64,000 nt of DNA from a bacterium (GCA_022779465.1 JALFTB010000001.1:3824-67823); one strand, 5' to 3'. Counted from the first letter of the stretch, positions 33,167-42,439 are shown. The notes: generated from the sequence alone by a model not told the origin. Numbers and translations are program-made.

Positions 33167-33895
33167 CTATTTCCTCATTTCTATAATCAATTTATCTATG
33201 CACATTTCGACATTTGTATTTGCATTTAATTTCTTAATTATATCGTCTATTAATTTATAATGTTTAGTAATTAAAAGGTAATTACTTTGATTTATATTTT
33301 TATCTAAAACTATTTTTATTTCAGATAATTTGTTTATTAGTTCAATTTTATCATATTTTAAAAAGTTTTGCTTTAATAAAATTGCCGTGTAATTATCACA
33401 ATTTTGCAATTTATAAAATGTGTCAATTAAATCATTTGTTTCAGTTTGTAATGATGTGTCATAAATATTTTCAAATAATTCGCAACGACTTTTAATCGTA
33501 TCCATAATGGAATTTATACTATCAGTGATTAAAAAGCCAATAACGTTGCTTGAAGGTTCCTCTAAAATTTTTAATAATTTATTGGCTGAGACTTGGTTCA
33601 TTTTTTCTGCATTGATGATGAAATATATTTTGTATGTATAATTAATAATTTTTGTAATTATAAAATTTTGAATATCTAAAATTTTGTTTTTATCGATATT
33701 GTTATTTTCCGGTCTAACTACTAGTGTTGATAAATTGTTTTCCAATGAAGATGGCGCTATTGTTTGGGTTTCTTTAAAAATTTCATATATATCGTTCATT
33801 GTCTGTTCACAATTATTTGTTTCAATCAAAAAAGCATGAGAAAGATTTTTCTCATTTATTCCAGATAATATAAATTGTTTTAATTTTTCATTCAT
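33167..33895 (-). CDS. holB: DNA polymerase III delta' subunit (short form)
   Basis: The N-terminus is AAA+-like (HAFLIETNNCEQ). The size and the position between yaaT and recR fit holB. Confidence 0.55.
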   Translation of the reverse strand: MNEKLKQFILSGINEKNLSHAFLIETNNCEQTMNDIYEIFKETQTIAPSSLENNLSTLVVRPENNNIDKNKILDIQNFIITKIINYTYKIYFIINAEKMNQVSANKLLKILEEPSSNVIGFLITDSINSIMDTIKSRCELFENIYDTSLQTETNDLIDTFYKLQNCDNYTAILLKQNFLKYDKIELINKLSEIKIVLDKNINQSNYLLITKHYKLIDDIIKKLNANTNVEMCIDKLIIEMRK

Positions 33896-33905
33896 ATTTA
33901 CCTCT

Positions 33906-34097
33906 TCATAGTAAGAAGAAGAAAGACAACGCTAATAATATTAGACCTGGGAATCCTAATAAAGTTACAATAATAACTGTATAATAATTTATTGGAACAA
34001 ATATATTAAAACCCTTTAATAATAAATCGAGACCATAAATTATTAAAAATGCAAATGTTACTCTTTTTATTAACCATAATATAATTTTTTTTATCAT
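33906..34097 (-). CDS. bofA: BofA-like small membrane protein (pro-sigma-K processing inhibitor family)
   Basis: The 63 aa product has two TM helices. The second, FVPINYYTVIIVTLLGFPGLILLAL, resembles BofA (HVPINLVTTAISGILGIPGIAAL). It sits next to recR as in Bacillus. Confidence 0.55.
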   Translation of the reverse strand: MIKKIILWLIKRVTFAFLIIYGLDLLLKGFNIFVPINYYTVIIVTLLGFPGLILLALSFFFLL

Positions 34098-34124
34098 AGT
34101 AAATTATATTATCTAATAATTATT

Positions 34125-34730
34125 TTATGCAATATTCTTTCTATCTTCAAAAGCTCTTTCAAGTGTTAGAGAATCAAGATAATCCAATTCTGTTCCTACT
34201 GGTAATCCATATGATAATCTAGAAACTTTTACACTTGTTTTATCTTCTAATACTTTTTTAATATATTGTGTTGTTGTTTCGCCTTCAATAGTTGGTTTTA
34301 ATGCTATAACTAATTCTATCTGATCATCTGAATTTTTACATCTTTTTATTAATGATGGAATATTAATATCATTTGGAGATATTCCATCAATTGGTGAAAT
34401 TAAACCGTTTAATACATGGTATACACCATTATATTTACCCATTTTTTCAAAAGCAAATATACTTTTATAATCTTCGACAATACAGATTAAATTTTTATTT
34501 CTATAATCATTATCGCAAATATTGCAAATCTTTTCTGATGTTAAGTTTCCACATATTTCACATTGATGAAGATTTTTCTTTGCTGATATCATTGTGTTTG
34601 AAAATAAATTTATATCTTCTTCTGAATAATCTAGTAATGATAAAGCAAGTCTTTCAGCGGTTTTTTCACCGATTCCAGGTAGTTTTTTAAAATATTCTAT
34701 TAATTCTTCTAATAATTTTGGGTATATCAT
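34125..34730 (-). CDS. recR: recombination protein RecR
   Basis: An HhH motif (LPGIGEKTAERLA) and a C4 zinc finger (CEICGNLTSEKICNIC) are followed by a Toprim domain. Confidence 0.9.
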   Translation of the reverse strand: MIYPKLLEELIEYFKKLPGIGEKTAERLALSLLDYSEEDINLFSNTMISAKKNLHQCEICGNLTSEKICNICDNDYRNKNLICIVEDYKSIFAFEKMGKYNGVYHVLNGLISPIDGISPNDINIPSLIKRCKNSDDQIELVIALKPTIEGETTTQYIKKVLEDKTSVKVSRLSYGLPVGTELDYLDSLTLERAFEDRKNIA

Positions 34731-34731
34731 A

Positions 34732-35031
34732 CTACATCAAACCATTTAAGCCTTTGGCAAATGCACCTAATTTTGCTTCAGTTTCAGCGTTAATTTTCTT
34801 GTGGGCATCATTAAAAGCAATTTTTATCATGTCTTCAAGAGCATCAAAATCATCAGCATCTTTAATAACATCACGATTTATTTCTAATTTAACAATGTCT
34901 TTTTTTCCATTCAATACTACAGTAAATCCTTCAGATTTTCCTTCAAATTCTGTATTATTAATTTCTTCTTGTTTTTTTTGGATGTCACGTTGCATTCTTT
35001 GTGCTTGTGCCATTAAATTTTGCATATTCAT
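34732..35031 (-). CDS. ybaB: nucleoid-associated protein YbaB/EbfC
   Basis: The 99 aa product starts MNMQNLMAQAQRMQRDIQKKQEE and ends FAKGLNGLM. Confidence 0.85.
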   Translation of the reverse strand: MNMQNLMAQAQRMQRDIQKKQEEINNTEFEGKSEGFTVVLNGKKDIVKLEINRDVIKDADDFDALEDMIKIAFNDAHKKINAETEAKLGAFAKGLNGLM

Positions 35032-35044
35032 ATTTCATTCTCCT

Positions 35045-36664
35045 TTAATTAACTTCTATTATATCATTTTCAAATATATCAAATGCTTCATTTATACTAT
35101 TATGATTATTTATTATTGTTTCTTCATCGATATATTTATATTCTTTTGTATTTTTGTTTTTTATATAATCTAATTTTTCTTCAGTCCATTTTTCTTGATC
35201 TAGACATATAAATTTATATTTACTTTTATTTTTTTTGTTAAATTCTTTTTCAATTTCATTAAGGTTTTCATTAAAAATTATCGTTCCAGATTTTGATGAA
35301 TTTGAAAAAATAACGTTTTTGGAAGAAGCAACTTCAATAGATGCATCTTCGATAATTGATAATAATTCTATTTTATTGTCAAGTTCAATTTTTTTCTTGA
35401 AATCATCCCAATTTTTTAAAAATTCTTGTTTTGATTCCTTACTAGCTTCTGCAAAAGCATTATTGATTCGGATTGCTTGTAAATTTAATAAATCTGTTGA
35501 ATTTTCAGGCTCTGATTCTATTTTTTCATTTTCATCTGAATTTTGACTTTTTTCTTCTTTTTTTATTATTGGTAACTCTTTTTTTATTATTTCTTGAGTT
35601 GGTTGGTTATTGTTACTATCAATTAATTCTGGTGATAAAGTTTCAGTTGTATTTTTATTTGGAAAGTAACTTAGTAAAATGATTTTAATTAAAATCAAAC
35701 CATCTTTTTTGTTATAACAATTAACTATTTCATTAGCTAATTTTTTTAAATTTTCTAGAGAAATAAAGGAATGATTTCCATTTTTAATTTTTATTTCTTC
35801 TAAATAAATTTGATTTAAAATCTTATTGATTAGAATGTTTGTATCTAGTCCTCTGTTTAAATAGTCATTAAAATAAGTATTAAATTCTTCTATTTTATTT
35901 TCATTTAATAACTCAAAAATGCGTGAAATATCTTGTAAACTAATAACTCCAAATGTTTGTTGAATTAAATCAACTGTTATTTTTTGTTTTTCTTTTGATA
36001 GCTGATCTAATACACTTAAAGCATCTCTCATTCCGCCATCTGCTAATTCTGCTATGTATTTAAGGGCAGCTTCTTCTATTTCTATATTTTCTTCTTTTGA
36101 TATTTTTTCTAAATTTTGATAAATAACTTGGGTATTAATTCGTTGAAAATTAAATCTTTGACATCTAGATAATATTGTAATTGGCACTTTTTGTATTTCT
36201 GTAGTAGCCAATATAAATATAACATGCTTTGGAGGTTCTTCTAATATCTTTAAAAATGCATTCCAAGCGCTTTGTGATAGCATGTGTACCTCATCTATTA
36301 TATATATTTTATATTTACTAAATGTTGGTAGTATTTTAGCATTGTTTCTTAATTCTCTTATTTCGTCAACACCATTGTTTGATGCGGCATCTATTTCTAT
36401 AATATCTGCTGATTGTTCATAATTATTACAAGCTGGACAATTGTTACATGGAATACCATCAATGGGATTTTCACAATTAATTGTCTTTGCAAATAGCTTA
36501 GCAGTACTGGTTTTTCCTGTTCCACGTGGGCCTGAAAATAAATATGCATGAGCTATTTGATTATTTTTTATTGATTCAATTAGTAGTTTTTTTATGTTAT
36601 CTTGACCATATAAACTATTAAAATCTTGTGGTCTATATTTTCTATAAAGTACTTTATATGCCAT
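35045..36664 (-). CDS. dnaX: DNA polymerase III subunit gamma/tau
   Basis: It has a Walker A (GPRGTGKTS), a zinc module (CNNCPACN) and an SRC motif. Confidence 0.9.
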   Translation of the reverse strand: MAYKVLYRKYRPQDFNSLYGQDNIKKLLIESIKNNQIAHAYLFSGPRGTGKTSTAKLFAKTINCENPIDGIPCNNCPACNNYEQSADIIEIDAASNNGVDEIRELRNNAKILPTFSKYKIYIIDEVHMLSQSAWNAFLKILEEPPKHVIFILATTEIQKVPITILSRCQRFNFQRINTQVIYQNLEKISKEENIEIEEAALKYIAELADGGMRDALSVLDQLSKEKQKITVDLIQQTFGVISLQDISRIFELLNENKIEEFNTYFNDYLNRGLDTNILINKILNQIYLEEIKIKNGNHSFISLENLKKLANEIVNCYNKKDGLILIKIILLSYFPNKNTTETLSPELIDSNNNQPTQEIIKKELPIIKKEEKSQNSDENEKIESEPENSTDLLNLQAIRINNAFAEASKESKQEFLKNWDDFKKKIELDNKIELLSIIEDASIEVASSKNVIFSNSSKSGTIIFNENLNEIEKEFNKKNKSKYKFICLDQEKWTEEKLDYIKNKNTKEYKYIDEETIINNHNSINEAFDIFENDIIEVN

Positions 36665-36703
36665 GATTTCCTCCTGTTTTAATTATAACATAATACTTAC
36701 TTA

Positions 36704-37126
36704 TTATCTTTTATTTTCCCAAAATTTTTCAATTATTTTTTTATATTTATCTATAGAATTTTCATTACTTTTTTCTTCGATTTGAAAAAAGTTAGTCTTA
36801 TTGTATATTTTTTTAGATTTTAAACGTGGAACTAAATAAAATACCTTGTCAATTCTACTTTCTTTTATAACATTTTTACACATTTCACATGGTTCAATTG
36901 TTACATATAACGTACAATTGTTCAATCTCCAATTTTTTAATTTTTGATTTGCTTTTGTAATTACTTTAATTTCAGCATGATCAATAGTTTTATTACTATG
37001 TTTTCTAGTATTATGGGCTTTGGCAATTATTTTATCGTTATGTACAATGATGGCGGCCACAGGTACTTCATCTTTTTTTAATGACTTATAGGATAGTTTT
37101 ATTAATTCATCTATATATTTTTCCAT
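36704..37126 (-). CDS. tadA: tRNA-specific adenosine deaminase
   Basis: The CDA-fold motifs HAEI and PCEMC are present. The true start is the internal MEKYIDEL with a GAGGAG RBS. The ORF-track N-terminal extension runs through the SRP RNA gene and is spurious. Confidence 0.8.
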   Translation of the reverse strand: MEKYIDELIKLSYKSLKKDEVPVAAIIVHNDKIIAKAHNTRKHSNKTIDHAEIKVITKANQKLKNWRLNNCTLYVTIEPCEMCKNVIKESRIDKVFYLVPRLKSKKIYNKTNFFQIEEKSNENSIDKYKKIIEKFWENKR

Positions 37127-37136
37127 TTTACTCCTC

Positions 37137-37216
37137 AAAAAAAGCGCACATACATAGAGGCAAATATGGCTGCTTTCTTCCGAATCTGACCAGGTTATTG
37201 CGTTTGTATTGCGCAT
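37137..37216 (-). ncRNA. ffs: small (4.5S-type) signal recognition particle RNA
   Basis: The minus-strand RNA reads GCGCAAUACAAACGCAAUAACCUGGUCAGAUUCGGAAGAAAGCAGCCAUAUUUGCCUCUAUGUAUGUGCGC plus a U7 run. It contains the conserved domain IV motif (GGUCAG...GGAAG.AAGCAGCC) inside a long closing helix. A TTGAAA-N17/18-TATATT promoter lies at about 37222-37258. Confidence 0.75.
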
Positions 37217-37295
37217 ATATAATATAGCATATTTTAATTACAGATTTCAATAATTGGATTTTTACTAATTTTAAAAATTTGTATTTTTTATTTTT

Positions 37296-37905
37296 TTATT
37301 GTTTCACGTGAAACATATGTGGATTTTTTTTGTAATTAAGTACTTATATAACTAAGTAATATTTTATAGGTTAATAAATAATAATTTTTTGATTGTAATG
37401 TATGGTATACAATGTTTCACGTGAAACATTGTTGACAACTTTAATATTAGATTTGATGTGAGTTATATATATTAAGTATGCTAATTTAGTTTTCTGCAAA
37501 TTAATTTCAATAATTTGCTCTTGTAGGCAAAAAATTATATGTTTCACGTGAAACATGTGTGGAAATAATTACTAATACATAAAATTTGTAAATGTTTATT
37601 TATTTTTTTACTTAAAATTATTTCCCGGGAAATAATTTTGTGTATATGTTTCACGTGAAACATATACTATTATTAATAAATTTTCAGTTTTTATAATAAA
37701 ATTGATGAAATAACGCTATTTTAAATAATTTAATAGCTTTGCAAATTAATTTCAATAATTTGCATTAGTAATTTTACTTATGTTTCACGTGAAACATTGT
37801 GGATATCTGTTTTTTTCTATTTTTTATTCAGATTTGGTTTTTCTGCAAATTAATTTTAATAATTTGTTTGTTTTTGTTGTGGATATGTTTCACGTGAAAC
37901 ATATC
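37296..37905. repeat. parS: array of six perfect parS centromere sites (TGTTTCACGTGAAACA)
   Basis: Identical 16-mers occur at 37300-37315, 37413-37428, 37540-37555, 37647-37662, 37781-37796 and 37886-37901, spaced 102-134 bp apart. The flanks are symmetric, which extends each palindrome to 18-24 bp. Confidence 0.85.
37620..37633. promoter_or_regulatory. Noc-binding-site-like palindrome ATTTCCCGGGAAAT
   Basis: This is a 14/14 match to the B. subtilis NBS consensus, embedded between parS copies 3 and 4. It is the only CCCGGG in the region. Confidence 0.6.
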
Positions 37906-37914
37906 TGTAACTAA

Positions 37915-37945
37915 AAAAGGTAGCTTTTATGCTACCTCTTCGATT
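37915..37945 (-). terminator. gyrA rho-independent terminator (overlaps stop codon)
   Basis: The minus-strand stem GGUAGC-AUAAAA-GCUACC is followed by a U-run. Confidence 0.65.
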
Positions 37946-40500
37946 TCTTCTGGTTCGTTTAGTACTAAACTAATTGTTGATACTATTTGATTATCTTTTA
38001 AATTAATTAATCTTGTACCTTGAGTTACTCGACCTAACTGCGAAATTTGATCCAAAGGTATTCTTATAATTATTCCGTTATTAGTTATGATCATTAAGTC
38101 ATTATTTTCTTCAAATCGTTTAATTGCAGCAATATTTCCGTTCTTTTCAGTAATATTTAATGCTTTTACACCTTTACTACCACGTTTAGTCTTGCGGTAC
38201 TCACTGATATGTGTTTTTTTACCATAGCCTTTTTCAGTAACAATAATAATGTTGTCGTCTGCTTTTGCTGTTTCTAAGCCTACACATTTACCATTTTCTA
38301 AGCTAATTCCTTTAACTCCGCTTGCAGTACGTCCCATTACTCTAACTTCTTCTTCATTAAATACTGCAATTCTTCCAGTAGATGATGCCATTATAACATC
38401 GCATTCACCATCAGTCTTTTTAACTCCGATTAATTCATCATTTTCTTTTAAACTAATGCAAAGTTTTCCACTCTTTCTAATATTATCAAATTCTGCGATT
38501 CTGGTACGTTTTACTAGACCACTCTTTGTAGCAAATAATAAATATTTGCTATCATCTGATGGAGAATAACTTAACATTGATGTAATATGTTCATCCTTGT
38601 CAATTTGAAGTAAGTTAATAATTGGTATTCCTTTTGATGTTCTACCAAATTCAGGAATTTCATATCCTTTTACTCTATAAACCTTACCTTTATTCGTAAA
38701 GAATGTTAAATAATCATGTGTATTTAAATTTAGCAAGTATTCAACAAAATCTTCTTCGTTGGTTGACATTCCCTTTACACCTACACCGCCTCTATTTTGA
38801 AGTTTGTAGTTATCAACATTATTTCTCTTAATATATCCTTTATTTGTTAATGAAACTATTATGTTTTCTTGTGGGATAAGGGATTCATCTTCAATAAAGT
38901 CAATTGCAGTCATATCTATTGTTGTTCTACGATCATCAGAATATTTATTTTTAATTTCTGTTAACTCATCTTTAATTATTTGTAATACTCTTGCCTCACT
39001 AGCTAAAATATCTTTTAAATCAGCTATTATTTTTAATAATGCTGCTAATTCTTCATCAATTTTGCTTCTTTCTAAGCCGGTTAATCGTCTTAATTTTAAT
39101 TCTAAGATACTTTCTGCTTGAATTAATGATAAGTTAAATCTTTCTATTAATGTATTTTTAGCAATTTCATCAGTTTCAGCGTTTTTAATTATTCTAATTA
39201 CTTCATCGATATTATCTAAAGCAATTTTATATCCCTCTAAAATATGAACTCTATTTTCAGATTTATTTAAATCAAATCTAGTTCTTCTGATTATTACTTC
39301 TTTTTGATAATCAATATATTTAGATATAATGTCTTTTAAAGGTAATGTTTTTGGTGTTAATCCATCTAACATTAAGAACATTATACTGAAATTTGTTTGA
39401 AACTGAGTATGTTTATATAATTGATTTAATATTACTTGTGGATTTGCATCTTTTTTTAGTGTTATTGTAATTGTTAATCCATTTTTTAAGTCTGTATGAT
39501 AATCTGAGATACCATCTATTGTCTTATTATGAACTAATTCAGCAACTTTTTCTTGTAATTCTTTAGTATTTACACCATAAGGAACTTCAGTAATAACAAT
39601 ATTATTATGGCCTTTTACTTCTTCGATTCTTGCCTTACTTCTAATTATTATTGTTCCTTTTCCAGTTTCATATGCTTGTTTAATTCCTGAATTTCCAAGG
39701 ATTATACCACCAGTTGGAAAATCTGGGCCTTTGATAAAATTCATTAATCCAATAGTATCAATATCTGGATTATCTATATAAGCTATACATCCATCTATTA
39801 CTTCTCCTAGGTTATGTGGAGGAATATTTGTTGCCATACCTACGGCAATACCCATGGTACCATTTACTAATATATTGGGAAATCTTGATGGTAAAACTCT
39901 TGGTTCTTTAGTGGAATCATCAAAGTTTGGATCAAAATCTACAGTATTTTTATTAATATCTCTTAACATTTCAAGGGATATTTTTGATAATCTACCTTCT
40001 GTATAACGATATGCAGCTGCTGAGTCACCTTCGATTGTACCAAAGTTTCCGTGTCCATCAACTAGCATATATCTTTCTGCAAATTTTTGAGCTAATCTTA
40101 CCATTGCATCATAAATTGATGAGTCTCCATGTGGATGATAATGTCCCATTACGTATCCGACTGTTGTTGCAGATTTTCTATGTGGTTTATCTGGAGTATA
40201 TCCACATTCATACATAGACCATAAAATACGGCGATGTACTGGCTTTAAACCATCTCTTAGGTCTGGTAATGCACGGGAAGCAATTACGCTTACAGAATAG
40301 TCTAAAAATGATGATTTTACTTCTTCTACAATATTATTTTCTGTTATTTTATCTTTTCCAGTTAATTCAGTATCAATTAAAGAATATTCTTCATCAAATT
40401 CTTCTTCAGTATTATCAATATTTTCATCAATAATCTCAGGATTTTTATTGCTATCTAACTCTGGATTGTTAATAATATTATTTTTTTCTTCTTCTGTCAT
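37927..40500 (-). CDS. gyrA: DNA gyrase subunit A
   Basis: The 857 aa product has the catalytic Tyr region (AAYRYTEGRL) and a beta-pinwheel C-terminal domain with a GyrA box. Confidence 0.95.
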   Translation of the reverse strand: MTEEEKNNIINNPELDSNKNPEIIDENIDNTEEEFDEEYSLIDTELTGKDKITENNIVEEVKSSFLDYSVSVIASRALPDLRDGLKPVHRRILWSMYECGYTPDKPHRKSATTVGYVMGHYHPHGDSSIYDAMVRLAQKFAERYMLVDGHGNFGTIEGDSAAAYRYTEGRLSKISLEMLRDINKNTVDFDPNFDDSTKEPRVLPSRFPNILVNGTMGIAVGMATNIPPHNLGEVIDGCIAYIDNPDIDTIGLMNFIKGPDFPTGGIILGNSGIKQAYETGKGTIIIRSKARIEEVKGHNNIVITEVPYGVNTKELQEKVAELVHNKTIDGISDYHTDLKNGLTITITLKKDANPQVILNQLYKHTQFQTNFSIMFLMLDGLTPKTLPLKDIISKYIDYQKEVIIRRTRFDLNKSENRVHILEGYKIALDNIDEVIRIIKNAETDEIAKNTLIERFNLSLIQAESILELKLRRLTGLERSKIDEELAALLKIIADLKDILASEARVLQIIKDELTEIKNKYSDDRRTTIDMTAIDFIEDESLIPQENIIVSLTNKGYIKRNNVDNYKLQNRGGVGVKGMSTNEEDFVEYLLNLNTHDYLTFFTNKGKVYRVKGYEIPEFGRTSKGIPIINLLQIDKDEHITSMLSYSPSDDSKYLLFATKSGLVKRTRIAEFDNIRKSGKLCISLKENDELIGVKKTDGECDVIMASSTGRIAVFNEEEVRVMGRTASGVKGISLENGKCVGLETAKADDNIIIVTEKGYGKKTHISEYRKTKRGSKGVKALNITEKNGNIAAIKRFEENNDLMIITNNGIIIRIPLDQISQLGRVTQGTRLINLKDNQIVSTISLVLNEPEEIEEVA

Positions 40501-40510
40501 CGTTTACCTC

Positions 40511-42439
40511 CTAAATATCAAGATTTTGTGTAAATCCAGCATTAGCTTCGATAAATTTTCTTCTTGGCTCTACTTCTTCTCCCATTAATTGTGAGAATAC
40601 TTCATCTGCTGCTATACAATCATCTACAGTAATTCTTCTTAAAACTCTTTTATTTATATCCATTGTTGTTTCATTTAATTCATCTGGGTCCATTTCACCT
40701 AAACCTTTATTTCTAGTTATTTCAACTCTAGAACGTATATTTTCTGGTAAACTTGATATATATTTTTCTCTTTCTTCTTCAGTAAGAACATATTTTCTTG
40801 TTTTACCATGAGTTATTCTATATAAAGGTGGTTGTGCTGCATAAACATGGCCTTGTTGAACAATTGGTTTAAATAAGCGATAAAATAATGTTAATAATAA
40901 TACTCTAATATGAGCACCATCGACATCGGCATCGGTCATAATTATAATTTTGTTATATCTTAATTTAGAAATATCAAATTCTTGTCCTATTCCAGTACCA
41001 AATGCAGTGATAATAGAACGTATTTCTTCATTACTTAAGGCACGATCTAATCTATTTTTTTCAACATTTAATATTTTACCTTTTAATGGAAGAATAGCTT
41101 GAGTCATTGCGTCTCTACCTTCTTTAGCAGAGCCACCGGCTGAATCTCCCTCGACTATAAATATTTCGGTTTCTAATGGATCTTTACTTTTACAATCTGA
41201 TAATTTACCAAATGTATTTATTCTTTGTAAATCGCCTTTTCTTTCTATTTCTCTAGCTTTTTTAGCGGCATTTCTTGCACGAGAAGCAAGTAAAGCTTTA
41301 TCGATGATAATTTTAGCATCAGTTGGATTTTCCATTAAGAATCTATCGAATCCTTTAGAGAATACACTATCAGCTAGTTTTCTAACTTCTGAATTACCTA
41401 ATCTACCTTTGGTTTGTCCTTCAAATTGTGGATTTGGATGTTTACAAGAGATAATCATTGTTAAACCTTCTTTAACGTCATCTCCTGTTAATGATTCATC
41501 TTTTTCTTTTAATATATTATTTTTGCGGGCATAATTATTAATAATTCTTGTTAATGCTCTTCTTACACCCTCTTCATGAGTTCCACCATCGTGGGTATTA
41601 ATGTTATTAACAAATGAATAAATATTATCTGTATAACCATTATTGTATTGCATTGCAACTTCAAAGAAAATACCATCTTCTGATCCTTCTACATGTATAA
41701 TATCATCATGAATAGGTGTTTTATTTTGATTTAAATATTTTACATATTCCTTTATTCCACCTTCATATAAGAATGTTTCACCTGTAGTATCTTTTTCGTC
41801 ACGATCATCTCTTAGGGTTAATCTTAAGCCTTTATTTAAAAATGCTAATTCTCTAATACGAACTCTTAAAGTATCATAATCATAGATTTCTGTATCAAAT
41901 ATTTCTGGATCCGGTTTAAATGTTACAGTTGTTCCAGTTCTATTTTCTTCACATGTACCTATTTCAGTTAATTTTTGAACAGTTTTTCCACCATTTGCAA
42001 ATTTTGCTTCATAAATTTTACAATCTTTATAAACATTAACATTAACCCATTTTGATAATGCGTTAACTACTGAGGCACCTACTCCGTGAAGACCACCTGA
42101 TACTTTATATCCGCCGCCACCGAATTTACCTCCAGCATGTAGTACTGTGTATACTGTTTCTACTGTGGAAATACCTGTTTTTGGATGAATTCCAACTGGA
42201 ATACCTCTACCATCGTCTTTGACAGTTACAGAATTGTCTTTGTTAATAATTATTTCTATATTATTACAATAACCAGCTAAAGCTTCATCTATAGAGTTAT
42301 CTACAATTTCCCATACTAGATGATGTAAGCCTTTAACATCAGTAGTACCAATGTACATACCAGGGCGTTTTCTTACGGCTTCAAGACCTTCTAAAACCTG
42401 AATATCACTTTCTGAATAATGTTCTTTTTGTTCATTCAT
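40511..42439 (-). CDS. gyrB: DNA gyrase subunit B
   Basis: It has a GHKL ATPase, Toprim motifs EGDSAGG and [10 protein letters not shown], and is 642 aa. Confidence 0.95.
   Translation of the reverse strand: MNEQKEHYSESDIQVLEGLEAVRKRPGMYIGTTDVKGLHHLVWEIVDNSIDEALAGYCNNIEIIINKDNSVTVKDDGRGIPVGIHPKTGISTVETVYTVLHAGGKFGGGGYKVSGGLHGVGASVVNALSKWVNVNVYKDCKIYEAKFANGGKTVQKLTEIGTCEENRTGTTVTFKPDPEIFDTEIYDYDTLRVRIRELAFLNKGLRLTLRDDRDEKDTTGETFLYEGGIKEYVKYLNQNKTPIHDDIIHVEGSEDGIFFEVAMQYNNGYTDNIYSFVNNINTHDGGTHEEGVRRALTRIINNYARKNNILKEKDESLTGDDVKEGLTMIISCKHPNPQFEGQTKGRLGNSEVRKLADSVFSKGFDRFLMENPTDAKIIIDKALLASRARNAAKKAREIERKGDLQRINTFGKLSDCKSKDPLETEIFIVEGDSAGGSAKEGRDAMTQAILPLKGKILNVEKNRLDRALSNEEIRSIITAFGTGIGQEFDISKLRYNKIIIMTDADVDGAHIRVLLLTLFYRLFKPIVQQGHVYAAQPPLYRITHGKTRKYVLTEEEREKYISSLPENIRSRVEITRNKGLGEMDPDELNETTMDINKRVLRRITVDDCIAADEVFSQLMGEEVEPRRKFIEANAGFTQNLDI

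Noticed and set aside
37127-37216. The tadA ORF has an N-terminal extension of 30 aa.
   Set aside because: It overlaps the SRP RNA gene on the same strand. The conserved TadA start MEKYIDEL has its own GAGGAG RBS.
37371-37556. A 61 aa ORF lies inside the parS array.
   Set aside because: It lies wholly in AT-rich repeat DNA, has no RBS, and overlaps parS and IR2 copies. It is almost certainly non-coding.
37296-37905. The repeated palindromes could be a CRISPR array, REP/BOX-type hairpin repeats or transposon inverted repeats.
   Set aside because: The repeat is 16-24 bp with 100-130 bp non-repetitive intervals, which is not CRISPR geometry. No cas or transposase genes are nearby. The core is an exact match to the well-known parS operator. 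The symmetric flank variation is explained by an extended operator palindrome, not by selection for RNA hairpins.
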